In this document: one piece after another, positions 44,488-53,821 of the stretch
Layout of the letters: every line of letters starts with the position of its first letter
How positions within the stretch are numbered: position 1 is the first letter of the stretch
Sequence record: OM386653.1
Source of the DNA: Escherichia phage vB_EcoM_ESCO8
Direction: 5' to 3' (one strand)
DNA length: 64,000 bases
The notes under the pieces: model-generated
What the model was told of the DNA's origin: nothing
Database searches by the model: none
Seen by the model: only the letters and a program-made list of their open reading frames with translations
Position numbers and translations under genes: made by a program

Positions 44488-45615
44488 TTAAAACACGCTT
44501 GCCAAAGTTGCACCATTGGTGATAGTTGGTTCCAGAACAATACGGAAAGAATCTTCTGGATCATCACTAAACACAACGATTTTACCGCCTGTAATAAGAT
44601 CTGCTTTCATTTTTGTCGCATTCAATGGAATTCGAGCATCTCCTTCATCATCAAAAACCACGTAAGAGCTATTAGCAAGGGCTTCTTTAGAGTCTGCATC
44701 ACTTGGAGATGACAAGTACACGTCTAGTGTGCACGAGCCACCTAAAAAGATTGCAGGTGTGAAGTTATGCCAACTAGATACCCAGCTAACTTTCTGAAGT
44801 TTCCCATTAATAACAACGCTGCTGATATCCCACTTATTACCACCACCCAAAGAAACGCCCATCATAGAGATGCATTCTTTAAAGGATAAATCAGGGTAGA
44901 AATTAAGTTCTTCTACTATACCTTGGATCACATCAAAGGACAACTCTAAACTTACATCCCAAAGCCTTTGGAAATTATCAAAGTGTGCTTTGTTATCCAG
45001 GTTTTTATCTAAATAGTCAATCATAGTTTCTAGTGAGATTTTATCATAATTAAAATTATAAAACACACGACTAGGACGATTTAGAAAGAATTCAGAGATA
45101 AAGCCACTGTTTTTAGTTAGAATAAACAGTTTATTACCACTGCCAGTACCATCTAACAAAGTGAGAAGTGCTTCTTGATCTTGTTTCTTCTCATACACTT
45201 TATCAAACTCGTCAAAAATAATCACTGCTTTGTCGGTGATCTTGCTAATAAGTTCAATGAAATTAGCATCGCTGTAGGCTTGAGTAACCATAATAGTTGG
45301 AATACCTTCTTCTACAAGGTCACGACTAATGAGTTTGGCTAACATAGTTTTACCACTACCCTTAGTTCCTGTCAGAAGCAATCCTGTATTTTTACCTTGT
45401 GCACTCCGGCGATGGAATGTACGGATAACGTGATTTGCTCGTTTTTCTGTTTCACCATACAGAACATCCGGTACACCTGTCAGATTACCACGGCTTAAAA
45501 AATAATTGCCAAGGGGATCACGACTAACAGTATAGAATCCAGGTGGAAGATAGTTAGATTCCACGCCCATATCTTTATTTACACTTACAATATCACCATA
45601 AATCGTGTATTTCAT
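44488..45615 (-). CDS. AAA-type P-loop ATPase, paralog 1
   Basis: 375 aa; Walker A GTKGSGKT, Walker B IIFDEFD, NRPSR arginine motif; about 45% identical by eye over the ATPase core to 60181..61341. Confidence 0.6.
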   Translation of the reverse strand: MKYTIYGDIVSVNKDMGVESNYLPPGFYTVSRDPLGNYFLSRGNLTGVPDVLYGETEKRANHVIRTFHRRSAQGKNTGLLLTGTKGSGKTMLAKLISRDLVEEGIPTIMVTQAYSDANFIELISKITDKAVIIFDEFDKVYEKKQDQEALLTLLDGTGSGNKLFILTKNSGFISEFFLNRPSRVFYNFNYDKISLETMIDYLDKNLDNKAHFDNFQRLWDVSLELSFDVIQGIVEELNFYPDLSFKECISMMGVSLGGGNKWDISSVVINGKLQKVSWVSSWHNFTPAIFLGGSCTLDVYLSSPSDADSKEALANSSYVVFDDEGDARIPLNATKMKADLITGGKIVVFSDDPEDSFRIVLEPTITNGATLASVF

Positions 45616-45626
45616 TTTAACCCCTT

Positions 45627-46064
45627 TTATTTTTGTTGAGATGAACGAATTAAATCAGCAGCAAATTCAATCAGATACACTTTTGGTGCAATAATGATTT
45701 TTAGCCAATCAAAATTCGAAAAGAAAATAACAAATCCTAAAAAGAAAAAGAAAGCACAGACAACAAGGCCAACAATAGGTAAAGCAGATACTTCACCATA
45801 GCGATCTCGTGACCACAGGCATTCTTTATCTTTAATTGCTTTTACGAGGTTCCGCACAGCAATAAAAGTAATAAACATAAAGCAAATACTAAAAAGTTGC
45901 CATAAACCTGCGGATACTGCTTTCCACACTAATAGTTGATGGATTACTTCTGGAATTTGTTGTTTTCCAAACTCTACAACATCACTCATTGTTTGAATAG
46001 TGACGTTAACCATGTTCAGAAGTACATCCGTTGCTTTATCTGCGATTGCGTTTGTTTTACTCAT
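45627..46064 (-). CDS. membrane protein (145 aa, multiple TM helices)
   Basis: ORF track; hydrophobic segments. Confidence 0.45.
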   Translation of the reverse strand: MSKTNAIADKATDVLLNMVNVTIQTMSDVVEFGKQQIPEVIHQLLVWKAVSAGLWQLFSICFMFITFIAVRNLVKAIKDKECLWSRDRYGEVSALPIVGLVVCAFFFFLGFVIFFSNFDWLKIIIAPKVYLIEFAADLIRSSQQK

Positions 46065-46078
46065 TCTTTATTCCTCAC

Positions 46079-46252
46079 TTACCTTTTAAGGAAACCAATC
46101 ATAATGAAGAACCACATCCAGGCAGGAGAGATAATAAAGCCAAAGAAACCGCAAATAACCGCTTTCTTAATCTCTTCCAGACAACCCACCAGGAAAAGAA
46201 CGAGTGAGACTACAATCCAGATAGCCATAAATACTGTAACAAAGAAACTCAT
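46079..46252 (-). CDS. small membrane protein (57 aa)
   Basis: Not in track; hydrophobic. Confidence 0.3.
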   Translation of the reverse strand: MSFFVTVFMAIWIVVSLVLFLVGCLEEIKKAVICGFFGFIISPAWMWFFIMIGFLKR

Positions 46253-46272
46253 ACCTTTCTCCCGTCTGTATT

Positions 46273-46524
46273 TTAAAATTCAACCACCACTTTATCGAGG
46301 TGCTCTGCTTCAACTTGATCTAATGTTAACACCTCAACTAAACCCTTGTCAATACCTAATTTAATAACATCAACATATTGTCCAAACAGATCCTGGATAG
46401 ATATCTTGTGTTCGACAACAACAACCACTTCATTCCCTTTTGTGAATTCTCTCCATACACGTCCACATTTGAAAATAAAGTCTGCTTCATCTGCTGTTAT
46501 CATTTTAGGTTTGATACTTAACAT
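46273..46524 (-). CDS. hypothetical protein (83 aa)
   Basis: ORF track. Confidence 0.45.
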   Translation of the reverse strand: MLSIKPKMITADEADFIFKCGRVWREFTKGNEVVVVVEHKISIQDLFGQYVDVIKLGIDKGLVEVLTLDQVEAEHLDKVVVEF

Positions 46525-46862
46525 TATAAAACTCCGTACTCTGGTTCAATATTATGCTTACGACAAATGGCATCCCAACGCTCATTACCAAAACTTCTTC
46601 CATGTAGTGCATCGTATGCGAAATGTTCTGCCAACCACATTACTACACCATCTGGTTCAGTGTCAAGCGGAATTCGAAACTCTCGATCATAACGCATACG
46701 GAGAACAAACTCATTACCGTCTTCCAGCAGGTGCATATGACTTTTAGCTCGTGATGCCAAATCGAAGAAAGGAGGTTCATCGTTCCAAACGTGACGCTCA
46801 ACTTCAACACCATGATCAACTACCAAAGTGGCAATTACTTCTCTCATTTCTTTACTAAACAT
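46524..46862 (-). CDS. hypothetical protein (112 aa)
   Basis: ORF track. Confidence 0.5.
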   Translation of the reverse strand: MFSKEMREVIATLVVDHGVEVERHVWNDEPPFFDLASRAKSHMHLLEDGNEFVLRMRYDREFRIPLDTEPDGVVMWLAEHFAYDALHGRSFGNERWDAICRKHNIEPEYGVL

Positions 46863-46960
46863 ATTAAAGCCCTCCTAATTTAATAGTCCACTCAACACCT
46901 GTTAGATAACTTCTTTACACAAGTATACTAAGAACATATAAGTGATTTTACCAGATATGT

Positions 46961-47314
46961 TTAGCTCCACAAATTATGGAAATACTTAGCAAACAAAATA
47001 CGACCTTCTAAACGCTCTTGCCGTTGTTTTTCATTAACTTCTTCAGGTGGAGTTGAATCCTTAAAAGAGGACTCCATTTTTTCAAGAATTTCTAACCAGT
47101 GTTCTGCTGCTCGTTCTTCCATATAAGGTAGATAGTCACCTTTAGCGTGTGGGTACATCCGACGAAGTAACCCGCTAGGAATTTTAACATTGTTTGTGGC
47201 TATCACTTTTGCACGATATGCAGAAAGTGCGTTGTAGATCAGTTTACTTAGTGTCACATCCAGATCAAGAAGATCACTCTCTTCAAATTGAATTTCATCG
47301 TGTACAATTTTCAT
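46961..47314 (-). CDS. hypothetical protein (117 aa)
   Basis: ORF track. Confidence 0.5.
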   Translation of the reverse strand: MKIVHDEIQFEESDLLDLDVTLSKLIYNALSAYRAKVIATNNVKIPSGLLRRMYPHAKGDYLPYMEERAAEHWLEILEKMESSFKDSTPPEEVNEKQRQERLEGRILFAKYFHNLWS

Positions 47315-47325
47315 ATCACTCTCCT

Positions 47326-47616
47326 TTATAGTAAAACACGTTTTGCACTGCTTGGTGCATTGTCGAACATGTTTATCACTTTGTCAAGTTTGTGTATTAA
47401 CTCGTTCGTAATGTTCCACTCTTTGTATGATCTCCATTGTTTCTTATTCTCACCTACCTGGTGTAAAACTTTGATTGGTGCATTCAAACGTACATTGCGT
47501 TCTTTGTCCTCTTCAAAAGAGGCTAACCATTTTTCGTTATGCCCATGAACAGCAATAATAATGCCAAAACCATCAAAAGTTTCTGTAATATTCTTAGTTG
47601 CTAGTGTGATGTTCAT
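47326..47616 (-). CDS. hypothetical protein (96 aa)
   Basis: ORF track. Confidence 0.45.
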   Translation of the reverse strand: MNITLATKNITETFDGFGIIIAVHGHNEKWLASFEEDKERNVRLNAPIKVLHQVGENKKQWRSYKEWNITNELIHKLDKVINMFDNAPSSAKRVLL

Positions 47617-47665
47617 ATCTAACCTCTTTTGTTACGATACCCACAGAGTACCAGAAACTAATTTC

Positions 47666-47693
47666 AAATCAAGTATTGACATACATTTTTATT
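47666..47693 (+). promoter_or_regulatory. sigma70-like promoter (TTGACA-N16-TAAGAT) in divergent intergenic region
   Basis: Same -10 hexamer as several PeSL cassettes; drives the plus-strand block starting at 47735. Confidence 0.45.
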
Positions 47694-47734
47694 TTGTTAA
47701 GATTAGCGCATACCAAATGAAAGGAGAAAAACAA

Positions 47735-47881
47735 ATGCAAAACATCGAACTAACTTCTATCGAAGCTAAAGAAGCAATGAAGGAAGATAGACGTGTTGAA
47801 CATAACCGTTTTTGCGGTGGTGAGTGGTTTGAGATGGAATTCAGATCGGAAGTTTGGCAAGGGAGTGATGGGGGGGTGTAA
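47735..47881 (+). CDS. small protein (48 aa)
   Basis: Track ORF 47561..47881; internal ATG after gaaaggagaaaaacaa RBS. Confidence 0.35.
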   Translation: MQNIELTSIEAKEAMKEDRRVEHNRFCGGEWFEMEFRSEVWQGSDGGV

Positions 47882-47899
47882 TCAAAAAGGAAAGAAGAA

Positions 47900-48046
47900 A
47901 TGATCTACAAAAATAAGTTCACTGGCTGTCTGCGTAAATTTATTGACAAAAAAGGGTATGTTTCTGTTGACAATGGTGTTACGTGGGTGCAAAATGGCAC
48001 TTCAGAACAACTGATCAAGGCTTTACCTTACTATGAGGAGGTTTAA
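47900..48046 (+). CDS. small protein (48 aa)
   Basis: Not in track; aaaaaggaaagaagaa RBS; stop abuts next ATG. Confidence 0.35.
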   Translation: MIYKNKFTGCLRKFIDKKGYVSVDNGVTWVQNGTSEQLIKALPYYEEV

Positions 48047-48370
48047 ATGTCAAACAGTCTGTTTAGCGTGTCAATTGCACCACGTGTCAATATCCGTTGT
48101 CAGTTTGTTACTTTACCTGGTGTAACGCATATCACATTAGAATACGATCCTCGCTCACGAGACAACCCAATCACAGGGAAAATTGATTGTGCTTATGGTG
48201 ATTTTGTTATGGATCACCAAACCATCTTATGCTGTGTGCAACGCTTACAGGCAGGATCTTTATACATCTTTAAGAAAACGGTGTTCCAAGAGATTGCTCA
48301 AGCAGTTGAAAGTGGTATGGAGACTCTTAACGCTATGATTGAAGCAGCCAACAAGAAGGAGGTTTTATGA
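48047..48370 (+). CDS. hypothetical protein (107 aa)
   Basis: ORF track. Confidence 0.45.
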   Translation: MSNSLFSVSIAPRVNIRCQFVTLPGVTHITLEYDPRSRDNPITGKIDCAYGDFVMDHQTILCCVQRLQAGSLYIFKKTVFQEIAQAVESGMETLNAMIEAANKKEVL

Positions 48371-48624
48371 CACTTTATCACGTAACTACAGAAGGCGACT
48401 GTGAAGGCCGCACTACAAAAGATTTGGGGTATGTTGAAGCAGATTCACCTGAACATGCAATTAAGTATCTGCACTCTATTGGTAAGTATGCTTATTATGA
48501 ATATTATATTTATGAGGTTGAGGAAAATCCTATACAAGTAGCAACACCTATGGTAGAGTTGGAACCTCTTAAAGCAAAAGTTAAAACTGGCAGTACATCT
48601 GGATTTAAGGGGGTAGTACAATGA
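48367..48624 (+). CDS. hypothetical protein (85 aa)
   Basis: ORF track. Confidence 0.45.
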   Translation: MTLYHVTTEGDCEGRTTKDLGYVEADSPEHAIKYLHSIGKYAYYEYYIYEVEENPIQVATPMVELEPLKAKVKTGSTSGFKGVVQ

Positions 48625-48890
48625 AAATTCGTGATAATATTGCAGACTACATTGTAACTTGTGAAGATGGTACAGATGTTTTGCTCCCGCAACCAATTGT
48701 TTGGGAGGATGGTGAAATGTACCGTGTAGCTACGGAACATTGTAAAGGTATTGACATTAAAGCTCTTTGTGCTATGCTTGTCGAAGATCAAGAATCTGAT
48801 CTCTCAGTTGTAACATACCAAGATGTGTATGAAATCTGTGAAACTTTACTACAAATGCATGAAGATGGACAAGAGGTATTTCCAAAATGA
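48621..48890 (+). CDS. hypothetical protein (89 aa)
   Basis: ORF track. Confidence 0.45.
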   Translation: MKIRDNIADYIVTCEDGTDVLLPQPIVWEDGEMYRVATEHCKGIDIKALCAMLVEDQESDLSVVTYQDVYEICETLLQMHEDGQEVFPK

Positions 48891-49087
48891 CAGAATGGGT
48901 AAAAGTAGAAGATCCATACGATATCCCACTAGGTGAGTATGTGGTGGTAATGGAAGATGGTGAAAAAGGGTATTGTGAAGTGCATAAAAGTATGTCTGGT
49001 AAGATTATTGTGGTGAACCATCATTTTCACTTTGATTACCCTCCTATTGTGGCATATATGCCTTTACCTAAATATGAAGGGGATTAA
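48887..49087 (+). CDS. hypothetical protein (66 aa)
   Basis: ORF track. Confidence 0.4.
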   Translation: MTEWVKVEDPYDIPLGEYVVVMEDGEKGYCEVHKSMSGKIIVVNHHFHFDYPPIVAYMPLPKYEGD

Positions 49088-49234
49088 ATGTTATTCTTTA
49101 GACTTAATATTGCTTTTTGTTTGTTTGCAAACATTGCATTCTGGGTATTGGGTAGTGTAAAATTAGGCTACTTCTTTATTGTACTACAAGCTATTTGTTT
49201 AGCTGGTCAAATAATCACTAAGGGGCGAGTATGA
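49088..49234 (+). CDS. small membrane peptide (48 aa)
   Basis: Not in track; ATGA overlap with next gene. Confidence 0.35.
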   Translation: MLFFRLNIAFCLFANIAFWVLGSVKLGYFFIVLQAICLAGQIITKGRV

Positions 49235-49659
49235 CACAACAAATCCAAGATAAATTTAATGAACTCTATCCAGCAAGCGAAAGCGGCACTCATAACGTGC
49301 GTAAATCGCTCTATAACGTCTTTAAAGCAGGATGGGAGGCTTGCCTTCAGGCTCAAGAAAAACCAGCGTTAGGGACGCGTAACGGCTTTTATATCCCGAT
49401 TGTTGAAAGCGAGGAAGGATGGGGTAGCAAATATGATGGCTATATGGTAGGATTCACCATAGAAGATCTTGAAGAACGCCGTAAAGTCTTTGAGGCAGCT
49501 AATACAGAAAAGTATGGCTACTATTATGAACGACCTATTCGTTACACTCCTGTTGTGCTTAGTCCTAAAGCTGTTGAAACAATGTCTGCAACAGAAAAAG
49601 AAAGGACTCGCCATTGTGTATGGTTTGATGATATTGACGATTTTCGATTTGGAGAATAA
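49231..49659 (+). CDS. hypothetical protein (142 aa)
   Basis: ORF track; aaggggcgag RBS. Confidence 0.5.
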   Translation: MTQQIQDKFNELYPASESGTHNVRKSLYNVFKAGWEACLQAQEKPALGTRNGFYIPIVESEEGWGSKYDGYMVGFTIEDLEERRKVFEAANTEKYGYYYERPIRYTPVVLSPKAVETMSATEKERTRHCVWFDDIDDFRFGE

Positions 49660-49662
49660 TTT

Positions 49663-49935
49663 ATGAAAAATAAACACCCTTACTATCAACTATTGCATGT
49701 ACTGCGCCGATTGCGCAATAAGCAGATTGAAGATTTCCGTCACTTCAAGCGTGATCGTGTGAATCGTCAATGGATGGATCATCGTTTCTTCTCTTTAACT
49801 GTACGTAAGTTCCGTGAAGAGATTAAGAAGACAGACCAGGTAATTGCAGGTGCTAAACGTGCAATCTCTATGTCAAAAATCACAGGTGTAAATCATATGT
49901 ACGACTTCAAAACAGACTCTGTTGTACCTATGTAA
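49663..49935 (+). CDS. hypothetical basic protein (90 aa)
   Basis: ORF track. Confidence 0.45.
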   Translation: MKNKHPYYQLLHVLRRLRNKQIEDFRHFKRDRVNRQWMDHRFFSLTVRKFREEIKKTDQVIAGAKRAISMSKITGVNHMYDFKTDSVVPM

Positions 49936-49967
49936 AAGTATTTTGTAAAGTTTTGTGGAGAGTATTG

Positions 49968-50022
49968 ACTTTTTCAGAAAAACATGCTACCCTAAACCTG
50001 AAAGGTGACGAGCGAAGCGAGT
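49968..50022 (+). repeat. conserved ~55 nt element, copy B
   Basis: aaaaacatgctaccctaa and downstream gagcgaagcgag...attctc shared with 21325-21379; followed by 7-bp dyad 50043-50071 and RBS of 50100 CDS. Confidence 0.4.
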
Positions 50023-50099
50023 TAGTATTCTCTATAGATATTGTTCCTGTCACTCATGGAGGGGCAGGAACAGAGTATATTACTGTATAGGAGAATACT

Positions 50100-50366
50100 A
50101 TGGATGTTACTACACTAAGGTTTATACTTCTCTTCTTACTTATAGTTATAGGATTAATTGTTATACCCTATCTATATGTCTACATGTTATCTCGTAAGTA
50201 TGGTTATGATCGTATACCATTTTACTATTTAATACCTGTCTTAGTTATCTATCTATTTCTCTTTTGTAGATATTGTCCTGAACTAGTTCCTGAACACTGG
50301 AAGTTAGAACCTGTTGAAGTTTACCATTGTGAATGGAAGACAGAGTACAGATCTAACAGTAATTAG
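50100..50366 (+). CDS. membrane protein (88 aa, 2 TM helices)
   Basis: ORF track; aggagaatact RBS. Confidence 0.45.
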   Translation: MDVTTLRFILLFLLIVIGLIVIPYLYVYMLSRKYGYDRIPFYYLIPVLVIYLFLFCRYCPELVPEHWKLEPVEVYHCEWKTEYRSNSN

Positions 50367-50426
50367 TTATTGACTCTACCTACTAAATAATCTAGATTCT
50401 ATGTAAAATTTACTAAGGAGACTACT

Positions 50427-50591
50427 ATGCAAAACATTTCTATCACTAAAACAAAAAGATCTGTACCTAAACTTACTCACTCTACCTACCCTGTTATCAT
50501 CCGAAAAGGAAAAGAATGGATTAAAGATGATCATGGTGGTTATGTAGAAGTGTCAAAGCTGAAAGAAGCAGAAGTTAACTTTGTACGCTAA
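50427..50591 (+). CDS. small basic protein (54 aa)
   Basis: Not in track; taaggagactact RBS. Confidence 0.4.
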   Translation: MQNISITKTKRSVPKLTHSTYPVIIRKGKEWIKDDHGGYVEVSKLKEAEVNFVR

Positions 50592-50601
50592 GGAGTAGAT
50601 T

Positions 50602-50883
50602 ATGACTGAAGAGTTTAAGCAATGGTTTGATAAAAACTTTCTACCCCATCTGTGGCCTAATGAAGAAGAACGTCAAGAGATGATGATCTACACTTGGCTT
50701 GCCTGGCGGGATGGCATCCGTAGCAAAGAAGCACAGGAAGAGGAACCTATTGCTTACATCTTTAAACATCCGGCAGGTAAGTTGTTTTGGGCTTTAACAG
50801 ACGAAAGTAATAAAGATCACCATGATGTTATTCCTGTGTATGCCAAGAACAATGTGAAGGATCAATCAGATGACAATGTATAG
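50602..50883 (+). CDS. hypothetical protein (93 aa)
   Basis: ORF track; aaggag RBS. Confidence 0.45.
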   Translation: MTEEFKQWFDKNFLPHLWPNEEERQEMMIYTWLAWRDGIRSKEAQEEEPIAYIFKHPAGKLFWALTDESNKDHHDVIPVYAKNNVKDQSDDNV

Positions 50884-51352
50884 CATATGGGGTAGAATGG
50901 GTGAAGACCATGACTACTATTGCTTGAAAAGTAACGTTGAACAGGTAGATGTTGATCAAATTATAAAGCACTACCTGAAAACATGGCGTGAGGTGGAGTT
51001 TAGAGAGTTCGCTATCCTCCATAGTCAAGAAGGAGAAAAGGAGATAGACATGAGTACACTAACTAAAGCAGTACAAACGCATAAAGAATATGAGGAAGCA
51101 GTTAAAGATGAAGTAAACCCTACTTCACTGACCTTCGAAAACCTTACCCCTTTGTTTTGGTCATATGATGGTAATGAAATCCTTACACATCATACACCAG
51201 AGGCTGTTAAAAATTGGGAAGGCTGTTGTAATTCCTATGAGGTACGGTATGTTGTAGAAGAAGATGATACGTACATTATGTTCCGCATAGATAACGGTTG
51301 TGGTGATCAATGGGATATTGTTCTTTCTAAACATTTGCAATTGGGTGGTTAA
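50870..51352 (+). CDS. hypothetical protein (160 aa)
   Basis: ORF track. Confidence 0.5.
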   Translation: MTMYSIWGRMGEDHDYYCLKSNVEQVDVDQIIKHYLKTWREVEFREFAILHSQEGEKEIDMSTLTKAVQTHKEYEEAVKDEVNPTSLTFENLTPLFWSYDGNEILTHHTPEAVKNWEGCCNSYEVRYVVEEDDTYIMFRIDNGCGDQWDIVLSKHLQLGG

Positions 51353-51353
51353 A

Positions 51354-51716
51354 ATGCTAAAGTACCTGATGATTACTTGGTTATGTTTACTTTCATTTGC
51401 TGGACATGCAACAGAAGGTTTTAAACTTGGTGCTGACGGTACTAAATTCTTTACATATTGGGGTGGGAAAGCCTTATACCAAGAAGAAAAGAATAGCATA
51501 GAATGTACGGTTAGTAAGAAGATTAAATCAGTAGATCAATATGGGGATGCCTATACTGGTGTAGGTTTTAACTGTGGAAAAGATTTATTTCTATTTGTTA
51601 AAAAGTATTTAGATGTTAACCTTGTATTGCTTATTGTTGTAGATCCTGCTAAGTTTGAAGAGCGTAAAGCATATCGTGCAGATATGTTCCTAGAATATGA
51701 TGATAAGGAGAAATAA
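51354..51716 (+). CDS. putative secreted protein (signal-peptide-like N-terminus)
   Basis: Track ORF 51300..51716; start at MLKYLMITWLCLLSFAGHA. Confidence 0.45.
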   Translation: MLKYLMITWLCLLSFAGHATEGFKLGADGTKFFTYWGGKALYQEEKNSIECTVSKKIKSVDQYGDAYTGVGFNCGKDLFLFVKKYLDVNLVLLIVVDPAKFEERKAYRADMFLEYDDKEK

Positions 51717-52067
51717 ATGCTTGATGTAACTATTAATGGTGTTAAATATATTCCTTACGTAGAGAAAAGCAATCCTGATGCCCTGGATGTTATGTTTGAG
51801 GATTCAGATCTTGGTACTGTCACTGTACGGGAATATTTCCGACAACTACTCTCTACGTTATGGAGAGAAGAAGAGTGTTTTAATGGTAAACGTCCATTTG
51901 GTAACTCATGCTGGCAATTTGATATGATCCGCGCCTTAATTGAGGCAGGGTATATTGAAGGTACAGTTGTGTACGATGAAGATGGATATCCAGAAGAGAC
52001 TGACTACGACAGTAAAGAAGCTAATAAATTTATACAGGGCTTGATTGCACAGATGTGTTTGGGTTAA
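51717..52067 (+). CDS. hypothetical protein (116 aa)
   Basis: ORF track; aaggagaaataa RBS. Confidence 0.45.
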   Translation: MLDVTINGVKYIPYVEKSNPDALDVMFEDSDLGTVTVREYFRQLLSTLWREEECFNGKRPFGNSCWQFDMIRALIEAGYIEGTVVYDEDGYPEETDYDSKEANKFIQGLIAQMCLG

Positions 52068-52068
52068 T

Positions 52069-52455
52069 ATGAAAGTATTAAATTTTTACCACTTAGGTAA
52101 AGTAATACCTGAAGGTGCAGTTTACATTGGCAGAGCTATGCCTCATATGGGGTTAAAAGCCTCAAAGTTTGCAAATCCTTTTAAGTTAAAGGATGATGAA
52201 CCACGAGGGTCAACTATACAAAGATATAAAGAGTGGTTGTGGGAACAAATTCGTTGTGGTAAAATCACTCTTGAGGATTTGTTAGAATTAGAAGGGAAAG
52301 ACTTAGTTTGCTTCTGCGCACCTCAACCTTGTCATGGTGATGTGTTGGTAGCAGCGGTTGCTTGGGCTAGAACAGAGTGGGATAAAAGGCATCCTACTTA
52401 CACAGATGATTATTGGATTTGGGAGGATATTTATGAAGACTACACAAGAAATTAA
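52069..52455 (+). CDS. hypothetical protein with CFCAPQPCHGDVL motif
   Basis: Track ORF 52045..52455; internal ATG preferred; conserved-looking VYIGR...ANPF...CxCxPxPCHGD pattern. Confidence 0.45.
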   Translation: MKVLNFYHLGKVIPEGAVYIGRAMPHMGLKASKFANPFKLKDDEPRGSTIQRYKEWLWEQIRCGKITLEDLLELEGKDLVCFCAPQPCHGDVLVAAVAWARTEWDKRHPTYTDDYWIWEDIYEDYTRN

Positions 52456-52798
52456 CGTATTTGATCTGTCAGGTTTAGATATGGAAAAAGCAACCCTGTA
52501 TCATCACGATAAAGATAACATTACATACATCTACATCGGAGCAGATAAATATAACATTCCTGAAGACTCCCTGGCAGTAATGAAGGAAGGGGATATGCCT
52601 TTGCAAGAGAAGATGATTGGTTTTTCCTTTCGTCAAGATGTTAAGATGGATGGTGTTATTGCTATCTTCCAGGTGGACGAGTTTTATATGGTTACTTTTG
52701 TAACACCAAATTTCACCAATATCAATGGGGAAGAGGCAGCAAACGATGTTATTGTTCTAACGTTGGGTAATGCCTTAAAAGATTTAGAAAACGTTTAA
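52433..52798 (+). CDS. hypothetical protein (121 aa)
   Basis: Track ORF 52358..52798; ATG after gggaggatattt RBS. Confidence 0.45.
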   Translation: MKTTQEINVFDLSGLDMEKATLYHHDKDNITYIYIGADKYNIPEDSLAVMKEGDMPLQEKMIGFSFRQDVKMDGVIAIFQVDEFYMVTFVTPNFTNINGEEAANDVIVLTLGNALKDLENV

Positions 52799-52819
52799 CA
52801 AACCAATAAGGAAAATATA

Positions 52820-53335
52820 ATGTTTTTTGATGCTCAATCTCCACTTGTTGACTCTGTAAGCAGAGCGGTAATATATCCAGACTTTGATGAAAGAGAAATA
52901 TGGCTTAAGGAACACCACTATGATCCAGAAAATGTCAACTGGTGCAATCTGGATGTTGGTAAGTATCCGCGAGATAAGGGCATCTTGAAATATTATGCTT
53001 GCTATACGGTGGATAACATCTATGAATACTACGTGTTTCGTAGTTTGATTATCCATCTAAATAAATTGGGTGCTCTAACAGGGGATTCTCAATTTACTCT
53101 AGGCCACTATAAACCATTTAAGAAAGGTGGAGAGCACTTTCCAAGCAATTGGATTATACAAACATTAAAAGATAATTCTCGTGCTAGTGATGTTATCCCA
53201 GACAAAAAAGAAAAGTGGACATGGCATGAGCAAATGGAGTATATTATACAACATATGCCACAACGTGTATTGTATGAGGAAAAGTTGGTCAACCGTTGTG
53301 CCGAGTTAATACAGATTGTTAAAGGGTTTTACTAG
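52820..53335 (+). CDS. hypothetical protein (171 aa)
   Basis: ORF track; aaggaaaatataATG. Confidence 0.5.
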   Translation: MFFDAQSPLVDSVSRAVIYPDFDEREIWLKEHHYDPENVNWCNLDVGKYPRDKGILKYYACYTVDNIYEYYVFRSLIIHLNKLGALTGDSQFTLGHYKPFKKGGEHFPSNWIIQTLKDNSRASDVIPDKKEKWTWHEQMEYIIQHMPQRVLYEEKLVNRCAELIQIVKGFY

Positions 53336-53343
53336 GGGGAAAT

Positions 53344-53820
53344 ATGTCTAAACGTTTTGGTCGTAATCAAAAAAGAAAGTTAAGTGCTCAACTAGCAACT
53401 TTGCAAAAAGAGGTTAACACTTTACAAAAAAGTGTTTGTGAACTTAAGGAACAAAACCAACTTGAAAAAGAGTGTATCCAGCTTACACAGGAAGTTATTG
53501 GTGAGTATTTTCCTTCACTAGTTCCTAAGAAGGTGGCTCTTAGGGAAAATCTACCTTTTACTTTATCCTTAATGCAAGCAAATGATAGATTCCAAACTGA
53601 AACTGATGATTTGATGTTTGCAATGCATCAATTACATGGTTTAGAATATACAGCACAAGTGGATAAACTTCGTAACATGTTATATGTGCGGGTAGAAACA
53701 CCTAAAGGTGAGACAGTAGCTTTTAATTATAATTTCCAACAGCTACCTGATCATATTATTGAACAAATTTTAAAACGAGATTTTGTTCCTATGCTTGTTA
53801 AACAAATTAAGAGAGGTTGA
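53344..53820 (+). CDS. hypothetical protein (158 aa), basic N-terminus, coiled-coil-like
   Basis: ORF track. Confidence 0.45.
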   Translation: MSKRFGRNQKRKLSAQLATLQKEVNTLQKSVCELKEQNQLEKECIQLTQEVIGEYFPSLVPKKVALRENLPFTLSLMQANDRFQTETDDLMFAMHQLHGLEYTAQVDKLRNMLYVRVETPKGETVAFNYNFQQLPDHIIEQILKRDFVPMLVKQIKRG

Positions 53821-53821
53821 A

